Sequence record: PP496441.1
Direction: 5' to 3' (one strand)
DNA length: 64,000 nucleotides
The translations under genes were made by a program, and so were the position numbers. Positions 36,543 to 46,793 of the stretch are shown in pieces. The notes below the pieces were generated by a model. That model worked only from the letters and a program-made list of their open reading frames with translations, had not been told where the DNA came from and made no database searches. The first letter of the stretch is position 1. Each line of letters starts with the position of its first letter.

Positions 36543-37124
36543 ATGAACAGAACAGTAGTCAAGCTCGGGATTCGGGCGCTCAAGCTGCGAGAGATGTATA
36601 CGTCGAGTGACTGGCACGTCTCGTTCGACTTGAAACTCGCCAAAGATTTCCTTGATAAGCAGGCTACGGAAACCTACATCAAGCTGGCGCAGTCCGTAGA
36701 AGGTTGCTACTTCCTCGACGTAGCGGAAGACGGGAACCCTATCAAGCAGGTTGATCCGGTGTACGTAGAGCTTAGTCTGGCAATTAAGTCTACAGCAATC
36801 ATTTCGTTCGCCAAGGCACTGATGGCTACGGAAGGTAATCTGTTCAGTGGGATACTGGCCGAGCTTCAGAACATGGGGTTGATTGCGTTCGGGATGGTAC
36901 AGATTCCTGATCCTAGGTTCCTCATCACCCGGCCCACGCTGGACGAAGGTGAAGTGCCGGAAGGTAAGGTGTACTTGCTTCAAGGTCACGGGACGAAGCT
37001 GTTCAAGAAGCTTAGTATCGCCACCACGATCCCTGTAGACCCACAAGGTAATCCGATAGGTCTAGCAGAACCCGTGCACGTGGCATGGCCCGCCCAACTA
37101 CTTGAGGTGCACTTCGATGACTGA
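36543..37124 (+). CDS. hypothetical protein
   Basis: GAGGT RBS supports ATG 36543. Confidence 0.65.
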   Translation: MNRTVVKLGIRALKLREMYTSSDWHVSFDLKLAKDFLDKQATETYIKLAQSVEGCYFLDVAEDGNPIKQVDPVYVELSLAIKSTAIISFAKALMATEGNLFSGILAELQNMGLIAFGMVQIPDPRFLITRPTLDEGEVPEGKVYLLQGHGTKLFKKLSIATTIPVDPQGNPIGLAEPVHVAWPAQLLEVHFDD

Positions 37125-38097
37125 GACATGGGACCAGCGCCGCCGCCGAATCATGGCGGAGATCAATGCGGAGGAATCTGCCAAAGAGCAGGACCGCCAG
37201 AAGGTGACCGTCAAGCATACGAAGTGGTTGCCGCCAGCAGGTATGATTCGGGGTAGTCTGGCCAATCATACATTGTCGCCGCAACCGTTCAATCCCCAGG
37301 CCAACGTGCACAAGCTGATCCACGTCTTGACTCATGCCAAGGAAGAGATCAAGCGCTCGGATCGACTGGTAACCCTGTTCCTACCCGGCGACAACACGAC
37401 CCGAATGCTGGAGCGGGATGCCGCACTTACCTGCCTGCGTAGCAATGAGGAAGGTTTCCCTTTCGTACGAGGTCTGGTGCACAGTACGCCCGAGTTCGAG
37501 ATTGACTTCTTATCCCTTCGGCTTGACGAATCTAGTCAGCAAGCGGCTTACGATAAAGGTGTGATCACTCCCGTATATCATCTCAGCCTAAAGGACAAGG
37601 CTAGTGTGTCGGGGTATTCGATCTACTCCGATGAGGATGTGATCACACCGTCGGTAGAGATTATCTACTGCATGGCTCGCTGTGTGTCGGCGATGTTCCG
37701 CAAGATCGTGGAACCTATCCTGACCGTGGATATGAAAACACTGATGCTGGCTATCAATGCCTTCACGGATGAGTTCAACAGGCTGATAGCCCATCGGTAC
37801 ATGCAAGGCTGGGCGGCGCGCTACGAATTGAAAGGGTATGAGATAGTTATTCGACTGGTGCACGAAAAGTCATTCAAGTCGTACACGCTCAATCTGGCGT
37901 TCGAACGGTCGGGTGTCCTGCTCCATCTGGTCACGCCCAACGACATCCTGACGGTCAACACCTACCGGTTGTTACTGGCGCTGCTCTATCCCGAGGTAAA
38001 GATGCCAGCGATCCTGCGCCGGGATCAGACCACGGCGGGAGTCATGCCCTACTACTTCAACATCTTGCCCAGCGCCGGTTTCGAGCTGGATCTGTAA
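37117..38097 (+). CDS. hypothetical protein
   Basis: GAGGTG RBS supports ATG 37117. Confidence 0.7.
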   Translation: MTETWDQRRRRIMAEINAEESAKEQDRQKVTVKHTKWLPPAGMIRGSLANHTLSPQPFNPQANVHKLIHVLTHAKEEIKRSDRLVTLFLPGDNTTRMLERDAALTCLRSNEEGFPFVRGLVHSTPEFEIDFLSLRLDESSQQAAYDKGVITPVYHLSLKDKASVSGYSIYSDEDVITPSVEIIYCMARCVSAMFRKIVEPILTVDMKTLMLAINAFTDEFNRLIAHRYMQGWAARYELKGYEIVIRLVHEKSFKSYTLNLAFERSGVLLHLVTPNDILTVNTYRLLLALLYPEVKMPAILRRDQTTAGVMPYYFNILPSAGFELDL

Positions 38098-38143
38098 ATA
38101 ACCAGCAGCAAGCTTACACACCTACCGAATAAGGATCAGACAG

Positions 38144-39343
38144 ATGGCTCGCAGTAGCGAAGTAACCGTACCCAAGAAAGCAACGATCAAGGAGCGCCAG
38201 CTCGATCTCAAGTACCGCCCATGGCAGTGGTCTGACGTCGTTGGGCATGCACCCGTTCTCAACGAACTTAAGACCATCGTCAAGAATTCAGGCAAGCAGT
38301 TGCCAGCGGTACTGGGGTTCTTCGGTGAATCCGGTCGCGGTAAGACCACACTGGCCCGCATGATGGCTACCTACCTGAACTGCGCGACAGATGACGCGTG
38401 TGGGGAGTGTGAGTCGTGCACCTTGATGATCGACAACCGGCATCCCGACTACAAAGAAATCAACATGGCCGAGATCGGCACTGACGAAGTGGGCGCCATC
38501 GTCAACAACGCCAACTTCAAGCCTCGGTTCAAAACCCGCATCATCTTCCTCGACGAAATCCACAAGATCAAGTCTCAGGCCGCGATGGATAAGCTGCTCA
38601 AGCCGATGGAAGAACCGCCGGTTGGCACCATGTGGATCATCGCGACCAACCTGCCGGAAAAGATCCCGAACAACAAGGCAGTGATCGGTCGTGCACTGTC
38701 CCTCTGGCTGAATGCCCCGACGCCGGAAGAAATCTCCAAGCGCTTGCTGGCGATTGCCAAGCTGGAGAAGGTGGCGTGGATCACCAGTGAAATGACCAAC
38801 ACGCTGGCGCAGAATTGCAACGCCCAGGTACGTAACTCGGTCAAGTCGCTGGAACGTCTGATCAACGCCGGTACGGAGTTCTTCTCCAATGATCGCAAGG
38901 CCAAGCGTACCGGGAAGATCGACAAGAAGTCGCTGGATGTCATGCTCAGCAGCATCACGTCTGCGGGTATCGGTGAGGACGCCGAGGTCAACCAGCTGGC
39001 ATCCGATCTGTTGATGGCGTTGTACACCAGTGATCCGGGCAAGGCCATGGTCGCCATCATGTCCAGCAAGGATCAGGTGAAGCTGGTCAACTCCATGATG
39101 TACCTGAACCAGTACGTGATGGCCGTGCAGTTCACGCAGCGCTGCCCCGGCATCTGGCATTCGGACACCAACAAGGCGTTCGCGGTACTGGTCAAGAAAG
39201 TATGCAAGGCAATCCCGGCCAACGAGCTGGGCATGCTGCACAAGGCAATCATTGACCTGCGCATGGCAGTGGTCAGCGGCAACGTAGACGCCACCCAGCA
39301 TATGATCGCCGGTTGCATGAACCTGATGCTTCCACCGGAGTGA
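38144..39343 (+). CDS. dnaX: DNA polymerase III gamma/tau-like clamp loader ATPase
   Basis: KYRP..W.DVVGH, GESGRGKTT, Zn motif C....ACGECESC, FLDEIH, LLKPMEEPP. Confidence 0.9.
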   Translation: MARSSEVTVPKKATIKERQLDLKYRPWQWSDVVGHAPVLNELKTIVKNSGKQLPAVLGFFGESGRGKTTLARMMATYLNCATDDACGECESCTLMIDNRHPDYKEINMAEIGTDEVGAIVNNANFKPRFKTRIIFLDEIHKIKSQAAMDKLLKPMEEPPVGTMWIIATNLPEKIPNNKAVIGRALSLWLNAPTPEEISKRLLAIAKLEKVAWITSEMTNTLAQNCNAQVRNSVKSLERLINAGTEFFSNDRKAKRTGKIDKKSLDVMLSSITSAGIGEDAEVNQLASDLLMALYTSDPGKAMVAIMSSKDQVKLVNSMMYLNQYVMAVQFTQRCPGIWHSDTNKAFAVLVKKVCKAIPANELGMLHKAIIDLRMAVVSGNVDATQHMIAGCMNLMLPPE

Positions 39344-39347
39344 GGCC

Positions 39348-39431
39348 ATGGATTGGTTATACCTAATAGGTATGCTTGCGGTAATTCTTGCCGGTTGCTA
39401 CCTTCACGCCAACTGGTATCCGGGTGACTGA
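39348..39431 (+). CDS. 27-aa membrane or lipo-peptide (not in track)
   Basis: GAGG RBS; hydrophobic with LAGC. Confidence 0.4.
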   Translation: MDWLYLIGMLAVILAGCYLHANWYPGD

Positions 39432-39432
39432 C

Positions 39433-39933
39433 ATGATCGCCGCACTGCATGTAAGTAAAGACGGGAATAATGCGATCCCAAAGGATGACGATGACTTCGG
39501 TTTGGTAAATCTCCAACACACTCATCCGAAGACAGGCCGAAGTGTTGCGTTCACTATCTCACGGGATGTGAACTACTTCTGGGTTAACATCCTGCCTTGC
39601 AGGCATAACGATCCGGGATTGATTCACCGGTTGACCGACTATCTGCGTTGCCGATTGAACGGAATGCAGACGTACCGTTGGCTATCAGGGTTCAAGATTC
39701 ACACCTTCGATAGCTACCGCATCAAGCGGCATGGCCCTCTGCGTGCTGACATCGAGTACACTTGTTCGGGAACGGGATTGACAGTAGCCAAGCCTTTCTT
39801 TGCCAGCACCGGGCGGCTGTTGAACTCTGTGGCAGCTCATGCAATCGCCCGAGGTTACACCGTGATCGAATTCAGCCGGGACTATGAACTAGACCGGCAC
39901 TTCGTTCACCTCAACTTGATCGGGGAACTGTAA
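39433..39933 (+). CDS. hypothetical protein
   Basis: Operon continuity. Confidence 0.6.
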   Translation: MIAALHVSKDGNNAIPKDDDDFGLVNLQHTHPKTGRSVAFTISRDVNYFWVNILPCRHNDPGLIHRLTDYLRCRLNGMQTYRWLSGFKIHTFDSYRIKRHGPLRADIEYTCSGTGLTVAKPFFASTGRLLNSVAAHAIARGYTVIEFSRDYELDRHFVHLNLIGEL

Positions 39934-40403
39934 TGGCAGATGAATTGAAACGTGAGATGGTGCCAGCGTACAAGTTCGATACGCTGGTGGCTCACTCTCA
40001 GGCGCAGGAAGAGATGATCGCCAAGCTGACGGCGCGCAACAACCACCTGGAGCTGTACGCCCGCAACGACGTGTGGCATTGGCAGAAGGACGGAGGTAAC
40101 TTCCTCGAGAGCTTGACGTGCCCGGTCGTGATCGACCCCGCTGACCTGCGGGCATTCCTGCTTGAGAACAATCACGTTGCGCGCTTGAAGACTGTAGCTG
40201 ACCAGTTCGAAGCATTTCTGGCAGATGAGAATATTAAAAAGGATGACCTTCAAGGGCGACTGACCCGACTGGCTACTCTGGCCAATACTTTGGTGGAATC
40301 AGGTGAGCCCCATGCCCACCCGGACTTTCCAAAGTTGGTGGACGCCATCGAAGAGGCGATCCCGAGTAAACTGGTCCCTAAGAATCCACCGAAGGGGAGA
40401 TGA
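39933..40403 (+). CDS. hypothetical protein
   Basis: TAATG coupling; VWHWQ.DG.N.LESL.CPV.I motif. Confidence 0.7.
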   Translation: MADELKREMVPAYKFDTLVAHSQAQEEMIAKLTARNNHLELYARNDVWHWQKDGGNFLESLTCPVVIDPADLRAFLLENNHVARLKTVADQFEAFLADENIKKDDLQGRLTRLATLANTLVESGEPHAHPDFPKLVDAIEEAIPSKLVPKNPPKGR

Positions 40404-40404
40404 C

Positions 40405-40608
40405 ATGAGCAATCAAAAGATCTTCGAAGCTGCACAGGAATCTGCAGCTCAGCACCAACGTAACCGTCCGGCGCCAGAATCAAAGCTGGATCGTGTTCGG
40501 CAGGCTATGAGTTGGTGGAACGCCCAGACAATGGACGTACGTGAGGTATTGCGGGCTCACTCCAATCTGATCACATCCACCGATATAACCAGCTTCTACT
40601 GGGGATAA
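40405..40608 (+). CDS. hypothetical protein
   Basis: GGGGAG RBS. Confidence 0.6.
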   Translation: MSNQKIFEAAQESAAQHQRNRPAPESKLDRVRQAMSWWNAQTMDVREVLRAHSNLITSTDITSFYWG

Positions 40609-40610
40609 GC

Positions 40611-41072
40611 ATGACCATCAAGATTGGAGAATTCGAGGTACGATCCAACCAATGGGTGTGCCATCCGGAGACGTGTAACCACGACAGCCACCCGGCGTAT
40701 ATGATCACCTACCGGGGTAAGTCGTATCGGAACGCTGACTCGGAGGAAGAGGCCCGGAAGCTCATAGAGTCTGACATCGCGAGTGGTGCTGAGAAGGTGT
40801 TGGACAGCCTATTCCATAAGGGTGTTCATATCTACCCGCAGGAAGACCTCAAAGGGTTCGTGTGGGAGTCAGTAGCCCCACCGGAGTCTACTCACCTGAA
40901 ACCGACTCCACTATCCTTTTACGAGCAGGAGGTGGTTAGTCTGCTGGCGGAGTCGTGGAACAAGTTCATCTTGCTCCCGGAGGAACATCCCAATGACCGG
41001 GAGACTTTCTGCAACCGGATCAATGAACTCCAGAACATGGTCATGTGCCGCCCCGTGCGCCGCAACCGATGA
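40611..41072 (+). CDS. mosaic hypothetical protein
   Basis: C-terminal small helical module WNKF..LP.EHP.D...F...I..LQ. Confidence 0.65.
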   Translation: MTIKIGEFEVRSNQWVCHPETCNHDSHPAYMITYRGKSYRNADSEEEARKLIESDIASGAEKVLDSLFHKGVHIYPQEDLKGFVWESVAPPESTHLKPTPLSFYEQEVVSLLAESWNKFILLPEEHPNDRETFCNRINELQNMVMCRPVRRNR

Positions 41073-41085
41073 GTAAGGAAGACGT

Positions 41086-41601
41086 ATGAAGATCAGCATC
41101 ATTGCAGCAATGGGTAAGAACCGCGTCATCGGCAAGGACAACACGCTGCCGTGGCACGTACCCGCCGACCTGAAACGCTTCAAAGAACTGACCATGGGCA
41201 AGCCGGTGGTAATGGGGCGCAACACCTGGGACTCCCTGCCGGACAAGGTACGCCCACTTCCCGGACGTCTCAACATCATCCTGTCCAACACCCTCCCAGC
41301 GGGAACAGACGTACATGGCACACTGGTGTGTACTAACGTCTCCGAAGCCCTGAACGCCTTGCATGCGATGGAACTCGTACCGGAAGAGGTATTCATCATC
41401 GGCGGTGCTCAGGTGTACAGCCACCTACTGGAATACGATCTGGTGGACAAGATGTACTTGACGTTCGTGGAACAGGACGTGCCTGACGGTGACGCTTTCT
41501 TCCCTGAGTTCAACCGGATGGACTGGCGCGTCACGGAGTCCGATGTGGACTACTCTGACCGCACCCTGTTCAAGGTGTTCGAACGCCGAGGTGAGCGATG
41601 A
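41086..41601 (+). CDS. folA: dihydrofolate reductase
   Basis: IAAMGKNRVIG..N.LPW..PADL.RFK.LT.GKPVVMGR.TW, LPGR, FIIGGA.VY, GDAFFP. Confidence 0.97.
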   Translation: MKISIIAAMGKNRVIGKDNTLPWHVPADLKRFKELTMGKPVVMGRNTWDSLPDKVRPLPGRLNIILSNTLPAGTDVHGTLVCTNVSEALNALHAMELVPEEVFIIGGAQVYSHLLEYDLVDKMYLTFVEQDVPDGDAFFPEFNRMDWRVTESDVDYSDRTLFKVFERRGER

Positions 41602-41909
41602 ACCGGGACACCATTGATCGAGTGCTGGCTAAGACTTCCATGTTCCAGCACGCTCAAGAGATGGATCGGTTGAATGCTACCATCGAGCACAACGGTCTGA
41701 AGTTCCTGTTCAACTTCAAGACCAAGGAACTCAAGGTTGTCAACGAGGACGAACTGGGCTACATCTTCGCCAGCCGTAAGCATTCATGGCTCGTCTTGCA
41801 CAGTTTCCCAGAATACCTGAGGCTGCTACGGGACCACGGCAAGTTCGAAACCGTCTGGATGGTGATAAAGCCTATCCTTGACCACTACCCACCGCCACCT
41901 AAGAGTTAA
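41598..41909 (+). CDS. hypothetical protein
   Basis: ATGA coupling to folA. Confidence 0.65.
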   Translation: MNRDTIDRVLAKTSMFQHAQEMDRLNATIEHNGLKFLFNFKTKELKVVNEDELGYIFASRKHSWLVLHSFPEYLRLLRDHGKFETVWMVIKPILDHYPPPPKS

Positions 41910-41913
41910 CCTC

Positions 41914-42477
41914 ATGATCAACGACTGGATCATCACGCACTCTGGCAAGCGCTTCGAACTGGCTGACCCCAAGCCGGAGATGGTGTGCATCGAAGATATC
42001 GCCATCGCGCTGTCCCGTCAGACGCGCTTCAATGGGCACTGCGACCGGTTCTATTCCGTGGCCTATCATTCCTACCTGATTGCCGAGCAGTTGCCCGACC
42101 GTCTGAAGCTGGAAGGTTTGTTGCATGATGCGGCGGAAGCCTACATCGGCGACATCAGCAGCCCGCTCAAAAGGATCATCAAGGCACATTGGCCGGGATT
42201 CAAGGCATTCGAAACCCGTATCGAGGAAGTCGTCTTCGAAGCGCTGGGTGTCCCTCTGACCAATGATCCTCTCATCAAGGAAGCTGATCTTCGCATACTG
42301 GCGAACGAGCATGATCTCCTGATGCCGCAGACGGAACACGAATGGTCGATGTTGAAGGGTGTCGTACCCTTCGAGTGGATCCACTTCGACGACCCGTGTG
42401 ACACACCTGGTCATATGGAAGAGATGGCCCGGAAGTTTATGAGCGCCTTCCACGTGTACAAAGGGAACTGGGGATAA
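41914..42477 (+). CDS. HD-domain 5'-deoxynucleotidase (YfbR-like)
   Basis: IEDIAIALS...RFNGH, YSVAYHS, LLHDAAEAYIGD, EADL..LA.E. Confidence 0.88.
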   Translation: MINDWIITHSGKRFELADPKPEMVCIEDIAIALSRQTRFNGHCDRFYSVAYHSYLIAEQLPDRLKLEGLLHDAAEAYIGDISSPLKRIIKAHWPGFKAFETRIEEVVFEALGVPLTNDPLIKEADLRILANEHDLLMPQTEHEWSMLKGVVPFEWIHFDDPCDTPGHMEEMARKFMSAFHVYKGNWG

Positions 42478-42686
42478 TGTGGCGCAAGATCCTAGTCGTG
42501 ATAGGCCTGCTGCTGGTTATGAGCGGGCTTGTCTACGCCAACACCATCTTCGGTGGGGCATCCAGCATCGGGACCGTGATAGTCTCCCTACTGTTCACCA
42601 TTGCCGCCGTCTCAGCCATCCTCGTTACGGAAAAGGTATGGATGGATATTGACAAGAGTAAGGATAAGCGTAATGGGAAAAGCTAA
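42477..42686 (+). CDS. small two-TM membrane protein
   Basis: Hydrophobic; coupled to upstream gene. Confidence 0.6.
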   Translation: MWRKILVVIGLLLVMSGLVYANTIFGGASSIGTVIVSLLFTIAAVSAILVTEKVWMDIDKSKDKRNGKS

Positions 42687-42867
42687 GTGGATTATCTGTT
42701 CGATTGGGGTGCTAGTCGTTTGTCTCATCCTGTACCTTGTCCACGTAAAGGTTGATCTTGACACGAATAGAGGTCAGGTGGCTAGCTTGTTCTTCCTGAT
42801 AGCCATAGCCATGACCCTTATCTCCACGTTGAAGGCACTGGAACTGGTTGACGAAATGCGCCGGTAA
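42673..42867 (+). CDS. small two-TM membrane protein
   Basis: Hydrophobic; start at ATG 42673. Confidence 0.6.
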   Translation: MGKAKWIICSIGVLVVCLILYLVHVKVDLDTNRGQVASLFFLIAIAMTLISTLKALELVDEMRR

Positions 42868-42901
42868 ATAAGCCGTATATGATTCATCTTAGGATAGTGC
42901 C

Positions 42902-45367
42902 GTGAACACTCTTCATTCGCTCGAACTCAATAACGTCATCTACATCGAGGAAGCCACGCTCGATCTGGATTACGAAGGCATCACTTGGATCACCGGTAAG
43001 AACCTGAACGCCAAGCTCAAAGGCCGTAACAACGGTGCGGGCAAATCCCTGCTCGTATCTCCGTTGGCCCAGCTGATGGCTAACAGCCTGCCGACGCAGG
43101 AAAAGGGCCAGCGGTCCTCCAAGAACGCCTTCTACCAAAACGGCACATCGACCGTCCTGACTCAGACCGTCAAAGGAATCACCTATCGTTCCACGAAGTC
43201 CATGGCCAAGAACAAGGTGTCGTGGACCGTGGCGCGGAAGAACGGTGCCGGTAAGTTCGTAGACATGGAGTTCGCAACCCCAAGCAAGGCGGAAGCTTTC
43301 GCGTTGGGGCTTTGTGCGTTGTCCAATGAAGAAGTGTTCAGCACTGTATACCTGGATAGTCGTAAGCCCTTCGTGATGGTCACCGGCACACCGACCGAGC
43401 GCTTTAACTACATCTCCAACTTGTTCCGGTTGGAAGACTATGATCGGGTTCGCCAGATGGCACTGGACGACTTGGCCGCAGTCAACAAGCAAGAGGTGGA
43501 GCTTACCGCCCTGCGTGAGACGTACGAAGGCACCGTTGTCAACCCCGCTGACCTGCGCAAGTGGAGGAAGCTGCATACCCGCAAGCTGTCCGAGGCAACA
43601 GCAGCCCGTACCGAAGCCAACACCCTGCGCACACATGTGGACGCGATTAAGGTGTACCTCAAGTACAAGGACGACATCGAACTGCTCGACGTTGACCTGA
43701 AAGCGTTGAAACGTCAGTGGGCCAGCCATACGAAGCAGAAGCGCGCGTACGAAGACTACCAGTCCGTCATGGCCGAGGGCAAGACCGCCAAGCGCTCGCT
43801 AGAAAAGCTGGAGCGTAAGGAAGGTGAGTTCCTCATTCGTCTGAAGGAACTGTGCAACCGGGTGTCAGTACCCTTCTCGTTGAAGGATGACCCGCAGGAG
43901 GTAATGAACGCACTGGTCAAGGTGTTGGATACCGCCCACAACCTGATGTGCGATCAGGAAGAGTTGGTTGGGACGCTGGACGACGAACGGCTGAGGATGG
44001 AAGCAGGCTACCTCAAAGTGCAGGACGCCGACAAGGCTCTGCGCATTGCCAAGCGCAAGCTGAAAGGTAAGCCTACACAGAAAGAGGTGTATGGCGAGCA
44101 ACGGGTGACAGAGCATCGTATCGTGGAGCTGCGCAAGCATCTCGATGCCCACAACGATGGCAAGTGCACCACCTGCGGACACTCGTACCCGGCCCGTAAA
44201 GCCAAGAAGGACCTGCTGGTGCTGGAGGATCGACTGGCCGAACTGGATCTGTTGGCACGTCAGCACGACAAGTACGAGAAGGCAAGCAAGGAACGCGACA
44301 AGCTGTACGAAGGTACCGCCAAGCAGCTAGATTTTGAACTGGACAAGCTGGTTGAGAGTCTGGTAGTGGCTCAGAGTGTGCTGAACAAGATGAAGGATGA
44401 GCTGGCCGCTTCCGGCTGGGAATCCTTTGCAGTCGCCGCAGACACAGTCAACGCCGACTGGCAGGATGACTGGGAAGACATTGCCAAGGACAAGTCCGCG
44501 CTGACCAAGCAGGCACGTGCTGCGCGTAAAGCGACCAAAGTGGAGAAGCCTTCCACGGACCGCAAGCTGAAAGACACAATGATCCGTGCCGATAAGGTGC
44601 AGGATCACGCTGACCTCATTCGCTCCGGTGCGTCAATCGCCCAAGAGTACGAAGTGTCCGGCAAACCAATCTCCAGTATCCTGCGTAGTCTTGAGCGCGG
44701 CGTCAAACTGGCTGAGAACAAAGTCGCCAGTGCCAGCGTCAACGCGGGTAAATACGAAACGAAAGTGATGGAAGGTCAGCGCACCATCCGTCAGCTCGCC
44801 AAGGTCAAGCACCGCATCCGTGAACTCCGTGAGAACGTGAAGTTCAAGCGTAGTTATGAAGCAGTGGCAGACGCCTATGGCAAGAATGGGGTGAAGATGT
44901 CCCACGTGGATATCCTCTGCCAACGTATCAGTTCCAATCTGAACAAGTACTCCCATCTGTTGTTCCCGGAGAAATTCGAGTTCCAGATCGTGGTTGCTCC
45001 TAACACCTTCGACGTATTGGTCAAGCGCCCTACAGGTGAGGGACCAGCCAAGGTGTCGGACGCACTGCACTTATCCGGGTCGGAAGGTCGTTCGTTCCAG
45101 CTGCTATGGCTTATCTCCGTGTTGCCGTTCCTGCCCGCCGAGCGTAGGTACAACGTAGCCATCCTCGACGAGATGGAAGCGACCATGGATGAACCGAGCC
45201 GAGAGCTGATGATCCGTGACTTCCTGCCGGTGTTGAACAAGATCATTCCGCATATCGTCTTCATTAGTCCCAACTCTGACAACACGCCGGGTCACAACTA
45301 CCGTCATCTGGAAGTGGTCAAGAAGGGTAAAACTTCCACCGTACACCTTATCAACGAGGTAGCCTGA
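42902..45367 (+). CDS. sbcC: SbcC/Rad50-family SMC ATPase
   Basis: Walker A NGAGKS, coiled coils, zinc hook CTTC, signature LSGSE, Walker B ILDE. Confidence 0.92.
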   Translation: MNTLHSLELNNVIYIEEATLDLDYEGITWITGKNLNAKLKGRNNGAGKSLLVSPLAQLMANSLPTQEKGQRSSKNAFYQNGTSTVLTQTVKGITYRSTKSMAKNKVSWTVARKNGAGKFVDMEFATPSKAEAFALGLCALSNEEVFSTVYLDSRKPFVMVTGTPTERFNYISNLFRLEDYDRVRQMALDDLAAVNKQEVELTALRETYEGTVVNPADLRKWRKLHTRKLSEATAARTEANTLRTHVDAIKVYLKYKDDIELLDVDLKALKRQWASHTKQKRAYEDYQSVMAEGKTAKRSLEKLERKEGEFLIRLKELCNRVSVPFSLKDDPQEVMNALVKVLDTAHNLMCDQEELVGTLDDERLRMEAGYLKVQDADKALRIAKRKLKGKPTQKEVYGEQRVTEHRIVELRKHLDAHNDGKCTTCGHSYPARKAKKDLLVLEDRLAELDLLARQHDKYEKASKERDKLYEGTAKQLDFELDKLVESLVVAQSVLNKMKDELAASGWESFAVAADTVNADWQDDWEDIAKDKSALTKQARAARKATKVEKPSTDRKLKDTMIRADKVQDHADLIRSGASIAQEYEVSGKPISSILRSLERGVKLAENKVASASVNAGKYETKVMEGQRTIRQLAKVKHRIRELRENVKFKRSYEAVADAYGKNGVKMSHVDILCQRISSNLNKYSHLLFPEKFEFQIVVAPNTFDVLVKRPTGEGPAKVSDALHLSGSEGRSFQLLWLISVLPFLPAERRYNVAILDEMEATMDEPSRELMIRDFLPVLNKIIPHIVFISPNSDNTPGHNYRHLEVVKKGKTSTVHLINEVA

Positions 45368-45368
45368 T

Positions 45369-45665
45369 ATGGCCCACCCCAAAGAAACAAAACCGGATCC
45401 ACGGTTAGTGGATGATCTGGCCCGTCACTTGATCGCATTCTCACGGGAACACAAGAACCCGGTGCGGCTGGTCGGCAACCTGCACGGTCGTAACTTCGTG
45501 TGGACGCCGGGTGGAACCTTGTTCTGGCTGCGTACTCCCGGTGCTACCATGCCGCGAGGAGAGTCCAAACTGATCGTGGATGGTGATACCCTCGACGGCT
45601 GGATGCGCATGAAGGTATGCAAGGACGGACACGCCACCGTGGATCAGGAGTCTCTTCATGGCTAG
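45369..45665 (+). CDS. hypothetical protein
   Basis: Operon continuity. Confidence 0.6.
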   Translation: MAHPKETKPDPRLVDDLARHLIAFSREHKNPVRLVGNLHGRNFVWTPGGTLFWLRTPGATMPRGESKLIVDGDTLDGWMRMKVCKDGHATVDQESLHG

Positions 45666-45814
45666 ACATCGCGGTCGTGCACAACCTGAACCCCGCCGCC
45701 CCGCGTCCCCCAAGATGAGTGAACTGCTCACCTTGAGCTACGCACGTCCGGGCAGCATCACCCTCATCTGCCGTTTCCGTGAGATCTTCGGCATGAACTA
45801 CAAGGAGGTAAAAG

Positions 45815-46258
45815 ATGACCAACGCAAACGCTGAAGCTCCAGACGGGTGCGGTGTCCTTCTTCTGGATGTCACTAACCCGGACTTCTTCAAGTTTATGAG
45901 CTGCGGCCTGCGCTTCCTACGCGAAGCCCGCCAGATCACGTTTCCCACTAAAGCGCTGTGGGAACATTTCTGCTTGGGTGAAGGGAAGCCTTTCACTCCG
46001 TGGGTTTCGTGGTTGCCGGAACCAATGGCCGAGATTCAGAAACTGGTCACGGGTAAGGTGGTAGCCACCGGTATCTTCGATACTCGATCCTTTGTCGAGG
46101 TGCGTAAAGTCCCCGGCCTGAAAGATAACTGGATGCGTGTCATGTACTCCGAGAGTAAAGCCCGCACGTTCAACAGCCGGGTCGAAGCTCTGCGGGAGTG
46201 CGGCACCACACGGGATGACTGGTGGGATGAGGTTGTTGTCGGCTGGAAGGAGGCGTAA
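45815..46258 (+). CDS. hypothetical protein
   Basis: AAGGAGG RBS. Confidence 0.7.
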   Translation: MTNANAEAPDGCGVLLLDVTNPDFFKFMSCGLRFLREARQITFPTKALWEHFCLGEGKPFTPWVSWLPEPMAEIQKLVTGKVVATGIFDTRSFVEVRKVPGLKDNWMRVMYSESKARTFNSRVEALRECGTTRDDWWDEVVVGWKEA

Positions 46259-46260
46259 CC

Positions 46261-46791
46261 ATGGCTAAGGGAAAGACTGTCAAGTTCTACTTGGCCACCT
46301 CGTACGAGCTGCATGCCTCCGCCGAACTGTATGTGGACTGGATTCAGAACCACACGGATACCCAGCTCAAGAACACAGCGCGATGGATCTGGGATGAAAA
46401 CGATACCGACCACGTGGCGCAGAAAGCCAAGATGGACTTCGAGGACATCGACAAGGCAGATGCCCTGATAGCCTTCTGGCCGTTCGGCAAGGGGACCAGC
46501 GCCGAGATTGCCTACGCGTACGCCAAGGGTTTGCAGATCATCATGTACATCCCGGAGGATTTCTACGACGAAGGGAAGATTGCGTGCATGCCGGTTGGCC
46601 TTGGTATCCCACTGGAATACGCGGAGTGGCATACAGGTGACGGTGGACCGGATGAAAGCTCAGAGCCGTGGGCGTCCGCTCGATACCACCCCTGTCACTA
46701 CAGCAAGAAACTCCTACCCACCGAGCCGGTGATCGTCCACAACCTGAAGGGGCTGTCGTTCGCTCTAACGCTCCTTACCAAGAGACAGTAG
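46261..46791 (+). CDS. nucleoside 2-deoxyribosyltransferase/N-glycosidase-like protein
   Basis: FYLA, D...I..AD..IA, GTSAEIAYAYAKG (catalytic Glu motif). Confidence 0.75.
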   Translation: MAKGKTVKFYLATSYELHASAELYVDWIQNHTDTQLKNTARWIWDENDTDHVAQKAKMDFEDIDKADALIAFWPFGKGTSAEIAYAYAKGLQIIMYIPEDFYDEGKIACMPVGLGIPLEYAEWHTGDGGPDESSEPWASARYHPCHYSKKLLPTEPVIVHNLKGLSFALTLLTKRQ

Positions 46792-46793
46792 CC

